NCBI RefSeq assembly: GCF_018350175.1
Contig: NC_058373.1
Coordinates: 104,906,001-104,970,000, forward strand
From: Felis catus
Lineage: Eukaryota
Length of the DNA: 64,000 bases
Direction of reading: 5' to 3'
The notes beneath the pieces are model-generated. The model saw only the letters and a program-made list of their open reading frames with translations. It did not search any database and was not told where the DNA came from. Both the position numbers and the translations under genes were made by a program. Of the stretch, positions 13,547-25,708 are shown one piece after another. Each line of letters opens with the position of its first letter. Position 1 is the first letter of the stretch.

Positions 13547-14305
13547 TTAAGATAACTCATGGGGACAACCTTCTGCAGGAAGCCAGGTCTCCTGATTGCC
13601 AGCTCATGCTCATTCCAGGTCCCCAGTGAGGCAGGTCTCCCACCCAGCACGAGTAATCTTCTTTCTAGAACACTATCACGTGCCTAGTTCTGCACACCTC
13701 CAGTAAAGAGAGGTTTCTGCCTGATTTCATGCTGCTCGGAGGAAACCTGGAAAATAAAACCCATAGGAAAAGACCAATGAATCACAGATTATTCTGTTCC
13801 AGAGAACAGAAAATTGTGGAAGAACAACATAGTGGCATGGTTGTACAAGTTCTTCATTTCCACTGCAGACCAGAGATGTGAAGGTGGCAGTGACATCTGG
13901 TTGATGCCTAACAACGAGCTCTCCTGAGAAAAGGCATGTGTGTGTTTATTATAAATTTTACTGATAGAAAGGATGCACAGCACACCGTGTGCAAGTAACA
14001 AAAACAGGCATAATGTTCTTTAGGGTAAATGCTACACAGCCAGTTGGTTCTCAAAGAATGCTTTCATTGGTTTTTGCCAAATTAGTCTACCTGCAACCGG
14101 CCTAAGGTTGTAATTCATCTCTGGGATGACACGGGAAGTTGCATCCCCTTCCACTAACTCTTCTCCCAATGAATTTACTGCCATTAAGTCTGATGTGGGA
14201 TCTACTGCTCAACTATTCCTCACCCTGGTACAAATTATATTTACTGAGCTGAAGCTACCCTCAGCTCTGACACTAGATTCAACACACTTTTTAAAGTGCA
14301 ATCTG

Positions 14306-14533
14306 GGGGCGCCTGGGTGGCGCAGTCGGTTAAGCGTCCGACTTCAGCCAGGTCACGATCTCGCGGTCCGTGAGTTCGAGCCCCGCGTCAGGCTCTGGGC
14401 TGATGGCTCGGAGCCTGGAGCCTGTTTCCGATTCTGTGTCTCCCTCTCTCTCTGCCCCTCCCCCGTTCATGCTCTGTTTCTCTCTGTCCCAAAAATAAAA
14501 TAAAAAAAAAAAAAACGTTGAAAAAAAAAATTT
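14306..14533 (+). mobile_element. Young felid SINE (SINEC_Fc-type)
   Basis: gtggcgcagtcggttaagcgtccgacttcagccaggtcacg; perfect TSD tttaaagtgcaatctg. Confidence 0.98.
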
Positions 14534-14665
14534 AAAGTGCAATCTGCATTATTAACATTTTCTCCATCACTTTTCGTTCTAAACAGTCAACAAAACAGTA
14601 AATCAAGCCTCGATCTGTAACACTTACTCACTTCTGTGATACAAATATTCACTATAGCCAATTTC

Positions 14666-14900
14666 TTTTTTTTTTTTATTATTATTTTTTTAATCTATTT
14701 TTGAGAGAGAGAGAGAGAGAGAGACAGACAGAGTGAGATTGGGGGAGAAACAGAGAGAGAGGGAGACACAGAATCCAAAGCAGGCTCCAGGCTCTGAGCT
14801 GCCAGCACAGAGCCCGACATGGGGCTCAAACTCACAAACCGTGAGATTATGACCTGAGCCGAAGTCAGGTGCTTAACCAACTGAGCCACCCAGGCACCCC
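14666..14900 (-). mobile_element. Can-SINE
   Basis: TSD atagcc(a/g)atttc. Confidence 0.95.
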
Positions 14901-15138
14901 GACCATAGCCGATTTCAAGCTACCAATAGGACAGCACTGAATGTAAATTGGAAAAAAGATGCACAGCAGCACACTATTACATAGTATTTCCACCAAAGTG
15001 ATGGAAATAACCTCAAGAGCACAGACAGAAAATGTAGTAAAATAATTAGGAAGCGAAGAGTTTTCCGTATGTTTACCTACATTTTATTACAACTTATGTA
15101 AGTTTACATAATTTGATTTTTAATAATGGATTGGTTTA

Positions 15139-15360
15139 GGGGTACCTGGGTGGCTCAGTGGGTTAAGTGGCCACCTTTGGCTCAGGTCACGATCTCGCGG
15201 TTTGTGAGTTCGAGCCCCGTGTCGGGCTCTGTGACGACAGCTCAGAGCCTGGAGCCTGCTTCGGAATCTTTGTCTCCCTCTCTCTCTGCCCCTCCCCCAC
15301 TCACACTCTGTATGTGCCTCTCTCTCTCTCAAAAATAAACATTAAAAAAATTAAAAAATA
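15139..15360 (+). mobile_element. Can-SINE
   Basis: TSD taataatggat(t/g)ggttta. Confidence 0.95.
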
Positions 15361-15499
15361 ATAATAATGGATGGGTTTAACAATTGGCTTGCAAAATCCC
15401 TGAAACTTGAACAATCGCTTTTTATGAGCTAGCTCCAGTATGGTACTGGAAAGGATTCACAAAACTGTGAGGGGCATTTGGGTTTATATATTAAGAAAA

Positions 15500-15700
15500 G
15501 CACGTTCACAACTAAATGGATGTGGGTTTAATTCCTGGCTCTGCCACATACTGGATATATGGCCTTGATCTTCAAATTCTTCATAGGTAAAATGGAGAAA
15601 ATATTACTATCTAACTCCTAGGGTTACTGTGAGGATTAAATCAGGTTTTCTATGTTATCATCATAGCCAATACCTGGTACATATAAAACATGTAAGAGGA
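15500..15700 (+). mobile_element. MIR
   Basis: ttcctggctctgccac...gtaaaatggaga...agggttactgtgaggattaaat. Confidence 0.75.
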
Positions 15701-15915
15701 AGTGCATGTTATCATTTTGTCGTTGAAGAATGTCCTCATCATTAAGCAGTGTAATGCGCTTCCAGGTCTCAAAGCGTATGGAAATGGAAGAGATGCCCAT
15801 AGGCATGGAAAGCACTTGGGAAGGAAGCCAGGGAAGAATGACCCCTTAGATCTTTGAGTCATTATCCTTTCTTTTCCTAAGAATCACTGCTGTCTAGGGT
15901 CATTTAAAGGAATCT

Positions 15916-16033
15916 GGGGAAGGAAGAAGGGAAGGAAGGAAGGAAGGAAGGAAGGAAGGAAGGAAGGAAGGAAGGAAAAGGAAGGAAGGAAAAGGAAGGA
16001 AGGAAGGAAGGAAGGAAGGAAGGAAGGAAGGGA

Positions 16034-16101
<68 letters not shown>

Positions 16102-16181
16102 AAAGGAAGAAAATGAGAAGGAAGGAAGGAAGGAAGGAAGGAAGGAAGGAAGGAAGGAAGGAAGGAAGGGAAAGAAAGAAA

Positions 16182-16241
<60 letters not shown>

Positions 16242-16271
16242 AAAGGAAGAAAATGAGAAGGAAGGAAGGGA

Positions 16272-16343
<72 letters not shown>

Positions 16344-16413
16344 AAAGGAAGGAAGGAAGGAAGGAAGGAAGGAAGGAAGGAAGGAAGGAAGGAAGGAAGG
16401 AGGAAGGAAGGAA
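15916..16413. repeat. Compound (GGAA)n/(GAAA)n polypurine repeat
   Basis: 498 bp with only two pyrimidines on the + strand. Confidence 0.98.
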
Positions 16414-17953
16414 TCTAACCAACTTTTCCTCCCTTCATAAGTTGCTCAGTGACAGAAAAGGACTGAATGTCTTTTATTTCGACCTGAAACTCTAATTTGT
16501 ACCCTGTTTTCAGAACCAAGAGAAAAAACTCCCATAAACTGACAACCTTCACTGGGTCTTCAACCCCAGCCAGAGTCTGGCACATGAAGACTGGCAATAG
16601 CGGGCACTATGAAGTTAGAGTCCTACTTTCTTTTTTCCAAATAGTAGACTGCAGTAAATGATGCATTCTCTTTGCAGGCAACTCACATTGTTAATTCAGT
16701 ATGAGATGCTGTCAACTCTGATACTTAAGACTTTTTCCCCCTTGAAATACTTTTTATTAAATGAAGTCTCTATTCGGAGCTTGAGTAATCTAAGTATGAG
16801 ACTTCACATTTTATTTCCCGTATCTTTCACCTTATTAGGTTCGGCCAGTCTTTTGAGTTATTTGTTAGTTTTGACCCTTGTCATCCAATGTATTCCTTCT
16901 AGCTGTTTATCATACCCTCTGTATTTTCATCCAATATTAGTAAAAGGTCTGAACAGGTCAAGTTCTAACAGGGAGGCTCATGGCTTTCTCCAAGTGATGT
17001 TACTTCATGTACTATCTGGGCTACCATCATCAAATCCAGCTAACTTCACTGTTACGCGGAGTATATTTCTCCATTTTGTCTCTAGGGATACCTGTGAGAT
17101 ACACAATAGCTTTGCTCAAGTTTAGGTACACGGTTTCTATATTATTGTCTATCAGCCCCATGAAACAAACAAATTGAGGTTAGTTTGGTGTTACTTATTC
17201 AGAGTGAACCTATTCAGGCTTCCAATGAACACTATCCTTTCCATGGATACAGACAATTTTGTGGGGATTAATATCCCAAGCTTTCCTGTGTGTACTTTCC
17301 AGAGCCTACCATTCTCTGTTGATGCAAATTAAAATCTTGTTTGACTGTCTTTAGGCTGTAAGTGCCTTGCCCATTTACCCCTACTCCACAAACATTAAGG
17401 CTAGCGGTTAAGCAGCCACAGCCTACATTTAGATACTATCCTGGGATATAATTTATCTACAATATTTACAATCCATTTAAAATAGTTAATGTCTTACTGT
17501 CTCTTCACCTACTTAGGATTTAAATAATTGCTATTCCTCATCGTGTGAAGACTATATTCCTTGATAAAAAGACAAAAGCAAAACAGCATTGTAAAGTTCT
17601 GCTTTCTTTTTGCCATTTGCTAACATTACTCCAATCTGCTCCTAAAAATGGGTTTAAGAAAAAGAAAATAAGTCCTCAACAAATGGTGCTGGGATAATTG
17701 GGTATCTACATATAAAAGAACATATTTGGACTACCTCACATCATATGCAAATTTGAACTCAAAATGGATTTTTTGAGCGAAAACTACAATAGGAGAAAGC
17801 TCCATGACCTTAATAATGATTTTCTAGACACAACACCACAAGCACAAAGGAAAAGAAGATAAATTGGACTTCCTCAAAATTAACAGCTTCAGTGCTTCAA
17901 ATGACACCATCAAGAAAGTAAAAACCTACAACTCAATAATGAGAAGAAAACCC

Positions 17954-18142
17954 AGGCGCACCTGAGTGGCTCAATCAGTTGAGCGTGGAACTCTTGATCT
18001 CGGCTCAAGTCATGATCTCACAGTTCATGAGACTGAGACCCCACGCAGAGCCCACATGGGATTCTCTCCCTCTCTCACTACCTCTCCCCCACTTGTGCGT
18101 GCTCTCTCTCAAAAATATAAATAAATAAACATTAAAAAAAAA
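17954..18142 (+). mobile_element. Can-SINE nested in L1
   Basis: Head, (CT)n and tail present. Confidence 0.92.
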
Positions 18143-18372
18143 GACAACCCAATTTCAAAATGGGCAGAAGATTTGAAAAGACATTCCTCCAAAGAAGATA
18201 TGTGAATGGCCAATAAGCACATGAAAAAATGTTCAACATCATTAGTCATTGGGGAAGTGCAAATCAAAGCTACAATCTGAACAAAGTTCCTTTTTGAAGT
18301 GATGAAAATGTTCTAAAGTTGACTATGGTGAGGGTTGCACATATCTGTAATTTACTAAAAAAAAAACATTCA

Positions 18373-18590
18373 GAGGCGCCTGGGTGGTGCAGTCGGTTAA
18401 GCGTCCGACTTCAGCCAGGTCACGATCTCGCGGTCCGGGAGTTCGAGCCCCGCGTCAGGCTCTGGGCTGATGGCTCGGAGCCTGGAGCCTGTTTCCGATT
18501 CTGTGTCTCCCTCTCTCTCTGCCCCTCCCCCATTCATGCTCTGTCTCTCTCTGTCCCAAAAATAAATAAACGTTGGAAAAAAAAAAAACA
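18373..18590 (+). mobile_element. Young felid SINE
   Basis: Near-identical to the 14306 copy; TSD aacattca. Confidence 0.97.
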
Positions 18591-19370
18591 ACATTCAATT
18601 GCATGCTTTAAATGAGTGAATTGTACAGAATATAAATTATATCTCTATAAAGAGAGACAACAATGATGTCATTTTACACAATGATGTCACTTCACACCCG
18701 TGAGAATAGCTACAATCAAAAAGACAATAATAAGTATTGGTGAAGATGCGGAAAAATTGGAACCGTCATGTATTGTTGGCTGGAATGCAAAATGGTGCAA
18801 ATGTTCTAGAAAGGAGTTTCAGCAGTTCCCCAACATGTAAACAGAGTTACCACATGACCCAGCAATTTCACTCCTAGGAATCTATGTAAGAAAAATTTAA
18901 AAATCTGTCCACAGAAAAGCTTGCACATGAATGTTCTTAGCAGCACTATTCATCATTGCCAAACAGTAGATACAACTTAAATGTTCCTCAACAGAAGAAT
19001 GGAAAAACAAAATATGGTATATCAACACAATGGAATATCATTCAACAATAAAAAGGAATGAAGTACTAACATATGCTACAACATGGATGAACCTCAAAAA
19101 AAACTATGCTAGATGAAAGAAGCCAGTCACAAATGACCTCATATCATAAGAGATGTCCAAAATAAGCAAATCTATAGACAGAAAGTAGATTACTGGTTGT
19201 GTAGGGCTGGGGGCAGCGGTGGTTGAGGGCAGGACGGAGAGTAAGTACTAGTATGGGTTCAGGATGACTCTGGGGTGATGAAAAGGTTCTTAAATTTGAT
19301 TTTGCTGATATTTTTACAACTTCATGAATATACTCAAGCACACTGAATTGTATATTTTTTAACAAGTGAA

Positions 19371-19596
19371 TTTTTTTTTAATTTTTTTTTCAACGTTTTT
19401 TATTTATTTTTGGGACAGAGAGAGACAGAGCATGAACGGGGGAGGGGCAGAGAGAGAGGGAGACACAGAATCGGAAACAGGCTCCAGGCTCCGAGCCATC
19501 AGCCCAGAGCCTGACGCGGGGCTCGAACTCACGGACCGCGAGATCGTGACCTGGCTGAAGTCGGACGCTTAACCGACTGCGCCACCCAGGCGCCCC
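19371..19596 (-). mobile_element. Young felid SINE
   Basis: TSD ttaacaagtgaatttt. Confidence 0.98.
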
Positions 19597-19647
19597 ATTA
19601 ACAAGTGAATTTTATGATATGTAAAGTTTATTTCAATAAGGCTGTTT

Positions 19648-19697
19648 AAGGAAGGAAGGAAGGAAGGAAGGAAGGAAGGAAGGAAGGAAGGAAGGAA
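19648..19697. repeat. (GGAA)n at the L1 tail
   Basis: Seen directly. Confidence 0.97.
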
Positions 19698-20394
19698 ACG
19701 AGAACTTTCAGAAGATAGAAAGAAGAAGGATAAAAGTGAGTATTGGAGCTGAAAGCAAGAAAGGCTGGAAAGGAAGAGGGTTAACAAACAGGACCGTGGA
19801 GGTTTGAAAGGCGGTCCTCCAGAAGCTGAGCGCCACCACCCAAAATGAGCAGACCTGGCAAGGGGGGACTTGAAAGAGCATCACCCGAGTGCCCAGGACT
19901 CACCTGAATGTCTATCGACTCCTGCAGACCAGCTGCCTTGCCAAGGATCCCTGCTGAAGCTACGCTTGAAGTCACTCACTTCTCCTGTTGGTGGTCACCT
20001 ACCAGGACCTTGTTTTGTTTGCACCAAGGCCTCACTCCCTGCCTAGCCAGCAGCAGTGATGTCTGGCCATGCTGTAATCTTGCTTAGTCCCTTCAGAATA
20101 CCCCAGTGGACCCTCCACACCACAGCCAATGCCCCAGCCCATTCAAAGCCCAGTGAAGGGGCCACAGACGTGGAGGTGAGCAGGTGGGATGGGGAGGCTG
20201 AAGGAAACAATCTAAAAGCCCCTGACCAGCTAAAAGTCATTAACGACACACCAATTATAAAAGGTTTTGTAAGATCAAAAGATTTTAAAGAGTGAAAACT
20301 GATAGAAACAACAATATCTCAAAGTGAAAAAACAATGAGGTCAAGAGCAAGGGTGGATGCACTGGCCTCCAGGAATACTCTGCATGGTTTAATA

Positions 20395-20500
20395 TTATTT
20401 TTCTAATTTACAAATAGGGAAACTGAGGCTCAGAGGGGTTAACTAATGTTTTCAAGTTCCCAGAGCTAGCAAGTGATATAATCTACATCATTCTGACTCC
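20395..20500 (-). mobile_element. MIR
   Basis: gggaaactgaggctcagaggggttaact. Confidence 0.75.
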
Positions 20501-20685
20501 ACCGCTCCCACATACGTATACTGTCTCCTTTTTCTGAAACCCAAATTCCTCCTGAAACCACATTTTTTAAATTCCACCTTTAGCTTCCTCATAAAGTTCA
20601 TTTTCAGTTGTACTCTCAGAACAGAAATTTTTAGAAACTACTATCACTCGTGAGTTATGTACTCATTTAAAGTGAATGGATAGAT

Positions 20686-20914
20686 GGGGCGCATGGGTAG
20701 CTCAGTCGTTTAAGTGTCTGACTTCAGCTCAGGTCATGATCTCGCAGTCCATGAGTTTGAGCCCCACCTCAGGCTCTGTGCTGGCAGCTCAGAGCCTGGG
20801 GCCTGCTTCAGAGCCCGTCTCCCTCTCTCTCTCTCTCTCTGCCGCTCCCCTGCTCACACTCTGTCTCTCTCCCTCTCTCAAAAATAAATAAAAACATTAA
20901 AAAAATAAAATAAA
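20686..20914 (+). mobile_element. Can-SINE
   Basis: TSD aatg(g/a)ataga. Confidence 0.95.
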
Positions 20915-21409
20915 CTTAATGAATAGAAACAATATTTTTCTCTTGGCTTTCTTTTTGCTTTGCTGGAATCCCGAGGTGTGGCTAAGTAAGCCCAGCATTC
21001 TCTCCTATTCTAAGATCAAATGGGCATTGCCGCTTACATTTCAGCTACGACTCAGTGCTGCCTTGATCATATTCGCACTTCCTCGTTTCCTTTGTCTTCA
21101 GAAATTAAAACTATCATCAGGGCAAGGCAAAAGCTCAAGGACAGCTCTGTTCCACTGTTGGAACATATGACCCCTGGGAACGACATAAGATCCTGCACTA
21201 GTTTAGTGATCTGGTTTTGGAAGAATTGTTCATTATTCCTCACATGTCAAGACCTAAGGGACATCACTCCTGTTTCCTTCTACTTTTAACTTTCACCAAA
21301 TATATTCCACTTGGCCTCAATCTAAGATATTGTACTGTCACCTTACAGCTACCTTCCCACACAAATGTCCTTCAAAGCACATCTGCTTCACTGGAAGAAA
21401 GGTTCCCCT

Positions 21410-21990
21410 TCTGTAGCATTCACTGCTGGTTGCCTATCCAACGGCCACTTACTCCTTCCTTCTTAACAGAACCCTAATTCTATCTATGTGGCCCCCTCCT
21501 TAGTGCAAGAAATGGCTCCTGACTGGCCTATGCCAGCAGTCAGCAAACATTTTCTGGAAAGAGTCAGGTAGTAAGTATTTTTTACTTTGCAGGCTGTAAG
21601 ATCTCTGTTGCAACCACTCAACTCTGACGTTGTATGGTGAAAGCAGCCACAGAAAATAGGTAAACAAATGGCATGGCTGTGTGCCAATAAAACTTTATTT
21701 ATAGAAACAGGCATCAGCCCAGATTTGGCCTTGTACTCTGTTGACGCCTGGCTAATTCACCAGGACCAATGAAGTTCCATTTATTTTGCTAGTGATTGGT
21801 TTGCACATGGGCATATGATACAACCATGGCCAATACGAGATAAACAAAGATCTGTGAGCAGCTCCTGGGAGTCTTTCTTCCTTAAAAAGACGGTGAAAAA
21901 GAGATGATCCCTCTTTTCTGCTGGATATCATCATATTGGGATGTGATGCCTGGAATTGCCATAGCTATTTTGAGACCATGGAAATTTGGG
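21410..21990 (+). mobile_element. Old MLT1 (J/K-like) LTR, interrupted by MER58
   Basis: agtgattggttt...ggcatatgatacaa...ggccaat; gtgatgcctggaattgcc..agctattttgagaccatg. Confidence 0.6.
21533..21751 (+). mobile_element. MER58A-like hAT-Charlie element
   Basis: gtcagcaaacattttct...aaagcagccacagaaaata...ggctgtgtgccaataaaactttattta. Confidence 0.85.
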
Positions 21991-22548
21991 AGCCATTTTG
22001 ATCTGAGGCACATCCTGTGGTTCCCTTAATTGTAAACAGAGAATAGTAACACGTAACTATGAAACCTGAATCATGTAAAGTAAATCCGGTGCTTAGCAGG
22101 ATGGATGTAGAGCAAGCATCTAGTTAATGAGAGCTACTACTGCTAGTTTTACTCTATATTTATGTGCCCATAAAAATGCTATGTAAAAGGCAGGTGTTCA
22201 ATAAAAATTCTGAAGAAATATGTACTTGGAAGTCCATACTTGGATATTTTTCTCTCTAGAGCAAGGCTAGACTCGTTCTGTTCCAATCTGCTCTGACGGG
22301 GACTCTCCTGTGATAAACAGCACATTCATGTGGCTTCTTTTTAGGATTCAGCCTGCGATCCTTAGCCGAAGGGAGCCGGGTGCTGGCTTCCTTGGCATGA
22401 CACTCTAAGCAGCCACAGGGAAGTCCTAAAATTCCACACTTCCTATAAACAAAAATAATAACCATGGAAGTGATTTATCTGGGTAGCTGGGTTCATGGTA
22501 AGATTGGTCAGTAAGATTAAACATTTTAGTTGAGAGTGGCATAGTTCA

Positions 22549-22770
22549 GGGGCGCCTGGGTGGCTCAGTCGGTTAAGTGTCCAACTCTTGACAGTGGCTC
22601 AGGTCACGATCTTGCAATGATGAGCTCGAGCCCTGTATCAGGCTCCATGCTGAGCATGGCGCCTGCTTGGATTCTCTCTCTCCCTCTCTCTCTCTGCCCT
22701 TCCCTCCGCTTGTGCTCTCTCTCAATCTCTCTCAAAATAAATAAATAAACATTAAAGAAAAAGAGAAAGA
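22549..22770 (+). mobile_element. Can-SINE
   Basis: TSD tggcat(a/c)gttca. Confidence 0.95.
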
Positions 22771-22904
22771 AGAGGATGGCATCGTTCATCTGCATTCCTC
22801 CTCTGCACTAGGTAACAGCCAGGCCGTTTTACTTTTGAAGACACTAAGGCAGAGACAGATGAAATGCCCTTGTCATTATCATGAAGAGGAAACAAAACAA
22901 AACC

Positions 22905-22957
22905 AATTAAATTAAATTAAATTAAATTAAATTAAATTAAATTAAATTAAATTAAAT
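22905..22957. repeat. (AATTA)n pentanucleotide repeat
   Basis: Seen directly, about 10 units. Confidence 0.95.
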
Positions 22958-23159
22958 TTTAAAACGGGGCCCAAACTAGCTAGTCTAAGGATCTAAAGAA
23001 TTCTGTCTTGAACAGATGGGAGGACCAACCAACTGCAGCTTTAATAAAAGAGGATACTGTAAAATTCTAACTCCTTTTTCAAAAGCCCTTCTGGACCCCT
23101 TTATGTCCCTAAGTGAGGCTTCCTCAACCTCCCAGATAAAAAGTTATATCCACTGGCCC

Positions 23160-23530
23160 CTTGCTGCTCACAGTGTAGTCCAAAGACCAGCAGCATCGTC
23201 ATCTCCTGGGAGCTTTGTTGCAGCATCTCGGGTCCCACCCCAGACCTACTGAATCAGAATCCACATTGTAAGGGCACCTGGATGGCTCAGTCGGTTAGGC
23301 GTCCAACTTCAGCTCAGGTCATGATCTTGCTGTCTGTGAGTTCGAGCCCCGCGTCAGGCCCTGTGCTGATAGCTCAGAGCCTGGAGCCTGCTTTGGATTC
23401 TGTGTCTCCCTCTCTCTCTGCCCTCCTCCGCTCATGCTCTGCCTCTCTCTCTCAAAAATAATAAACATTAAAAAAACCCCACATTGTATCAGGATCCCCA
23501 AGTAATTTGTATGTATGTTAATGTTCACTA
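23160..23530. mobile_element. MER5A-like element split by a SINE
   Basis: gaccagcagcatc...ccccagacctactgaatcagaatc...caggatccccaagtaatttgtatg. Confidence 0.8.
23271..23476 (+). mobile_element. Can-SINE
   Basis: TSD ccacattgta. Confidence 0.95.
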
Positions 23531-24015
23531 CTTTTTTTTTATGCTCAGCTATATAAAAATATTAAGACATTCACAATGTGGAGAAGTTGAATGTGACTTA
23601 TATGAACTAAGTAGTATGAATTTATATGAACTAATTAGTATAAAACACTCAATTTTCAAGTTCATATCCTAATGCTACTGCCTTTATGCTAAATGTTCTG
23701 AAGGTAGTCATGATGTGATTTCTTTTTCTTTCCTAACAGCATTATATAATTATCCTCCATGTTTACCTTACAGGCAAAAATGTGGAAAAAAGAAACCGAA
23801 ACCTTACCTATAGCTGGAAAAAATAATATTTGAAAGGTGAAAACTCTAATAATTATTTATGCCGTCTCTAAGGCAGACAATTGCTTTACACTACAGTGGT
23901 TAAACAGTTAACGGTGTGTTGGGCAGACCACTGTCAGGGAGGAAAAAAATAGATCAGCAAAGACCTCTAGAAATCCTTGTCAGATTTTTAAAGAGTTCAA
24001 TTATTATACTCTCAA

Positions 24016-24230
24016 GGGGTGCCTGGGTGGCGCAGTCGGTTAAGCGTCCGACTTCAGCCAGGTCACGATCTCGCGGTCCATGAGTTCGAGCCCCGCGTCG
24101 GGCTCCGGGCTGAAGGCTGGGAGCCTGGAGCCTGTTTCCGAATTCTGTGTCTCCCTCTCTCTCTGCCCCTCCCCCGTTCATGCTCTGTCTCTCTCTGTCC
24201 CAAAAATAAATAAACGTTGAAAAAAAAAAA
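24016..24230 (+). mobile_element. Young felid SINE
   Basis: Diagnostic young head; no TSD visible. Confidence 0.96.
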
Positions 24231-24489
24231 TCTAGGTTTTCAAATGTCTTTTTGGTAGTGGACTCCCTCTTCTCAAAAACATCGTATTAGTAATTCCCAA
24301 CATATAAAAGCTCCGTGAGGAGGGAGGCAGGAAAGGATTGGAACCCACGGGCCTTTATTTCAGCAGACCTCTTGCCCCTTGCTATCTGTTGAAATCAACC
24401 TAACGTTTAAGATCTCATATAAATGAGCTTTTGCTTCATTTTGCACACGTATACTTACTCATGTAATGTTACAAAACTTCTAGGCACTA

Positions 24490-24625
24490 AGCGTTACTAT
24501 GCCCTTTTTTAGAGTTAGGAAAACCAAGGCTCAGAGAAGTTAAAAACTCATCCAGGGTCAATAGTGATTAAACAAAGGCTTGAATTTAGGATTTCCTGAC
24601 TCCAAATTCTAGCCTCTCCACTGCC
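24490..24625 (-). mobile_element. MIR
   Basis: ggaaaaccaaggctcagagaagttaa...tcctgactccaaa. Confidence 0.7.
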
Positions 24626-24959
24626 AAGCATTAGTGTTATTTCTAATGCTTTCCATGGTTCCTCCTGGTCGAGATTACTCTTTCACCCTTTGGTACACTC
24701 AGAGCATTTTTTTCCCACAGCATATATCATATCCTGCCTCACACTACAGATTTTTCTTCCCGATGAATCACATGCTTCTGGAGAGCAGACACTATTCTGC
24801 TCATCACTAATGACCTAGCAATAATTTATAAATAGCAAACCGTTTTCTGGGGATTGTCTTTGAAGGAGGAGAATTACACACAGAAGCAGACCCCTGAAAA
24901 CGCAAAGGGCTCACCAAGCTGCTTTTGCTTCAGCTAAGCCACATTTATCACTGCCATGA

Positions 24960-25262
24960 CCATCTGGCCCGTGGGGTCATGTGACCAATTCTCACCAACA
25001 GAATCTGAGTGAAAGAAAAGCAAGTCCATTCCAAGCTAAAGAGTTCCCAGCCCGCTTCCCCAAGTTCTCTCTTTTTCCTGCCTTCTGCCTAGATACAGAG
25101 GATCCAGTGAAGCTGCTTAGGCCCAAAAAAGATGTGGAGACACGTGATGGAAGTATAATTGAGTGACTATGGGAACTGTGAGAAGAGCAAGTAATAAATC
25201 TATTGTGGTTAGTCACTGAGATGGGAATTGTTTGTTACAGCAACTGGCCCTCCCTGACAGAT
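24960..25262 (+). mobile_element. Old MLT1 LTR fragment
   Basis: ggtcatgtgaccaattct; gtgagaagagcaagtaataaatctattgtggttagtcactgagat...gtttgttacagca. Confidence 0.7.
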
Positions 25263-25585
25263 ACACTCCCACTTATCCAATGTCCACCATTTAGCTCTTT
25301 GAGTTAACAACTACTCTTTCATGATACAAATGTTTCCAAACAAATTAGGGTTACAAGGTATTCTTACTTTAGTGTGTAAGGGAAAAAAAATGTAAACTTT
25401 AGAATAAAGAGAAGATTATTGAATATCTTGTAATGGAGTGCTAGAGCCCCTGAAAATTATGTGATTCCATTAGGGCTCTGCACTGGCTTTGGACTATTTT
25501 ACAAATCTTTAAATCGTAGATAGTTAATAGCAATACAAATAATTCTTCTCAAGGGAAAATACTGGAAAAAGTTGGCCTGCATCCC

Positions 25586-25656
25586 TTTTTTTTTCCTTTT
25601 TAGAGAGAGACAGCACAAGCCAGGGAGAGGCAGAGGCAGAGGCAGAGGCAGAGGCA

Positions 25657-25708
<52 letters not shown>

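Larger units (their letters stand above)
14595..15448 (-). mobile_element. MER63-like hAT DNA transposon, split by two SINEs
   Basis: ccatagccgatttcaagctacca...; ggcttgcaaaatccctgaaacttgaacaatcgc...gagctagctccag resembles the recalled MER63 terminus. Confidence 0.65.
17665..19648 (+). mobile_element. Old L1 (L1MB-like), ORF2 end and 3' UTR, with nested inserts
   Basis: caacaaatggtgctgggataattgg; aaatgggcagaagatttgaaaagacatt; acatgacccagcaatttcactcctagg; acatggatgaacctc. Confidence 0.9.

Noticed and set aside
16658..17125. 155-aa hydrophobic ORF on +
   Set aside because: No recognisable homology or splice context; consistent with a chance ORF in T-rich DNA
19898..20220. Strong minus-strand donor CAG|GTGAGT at about 19904 with a possible acceptor near 20198
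   Set aside because: No recognisable ARMH4 coding sequence; such sites are common in long introns
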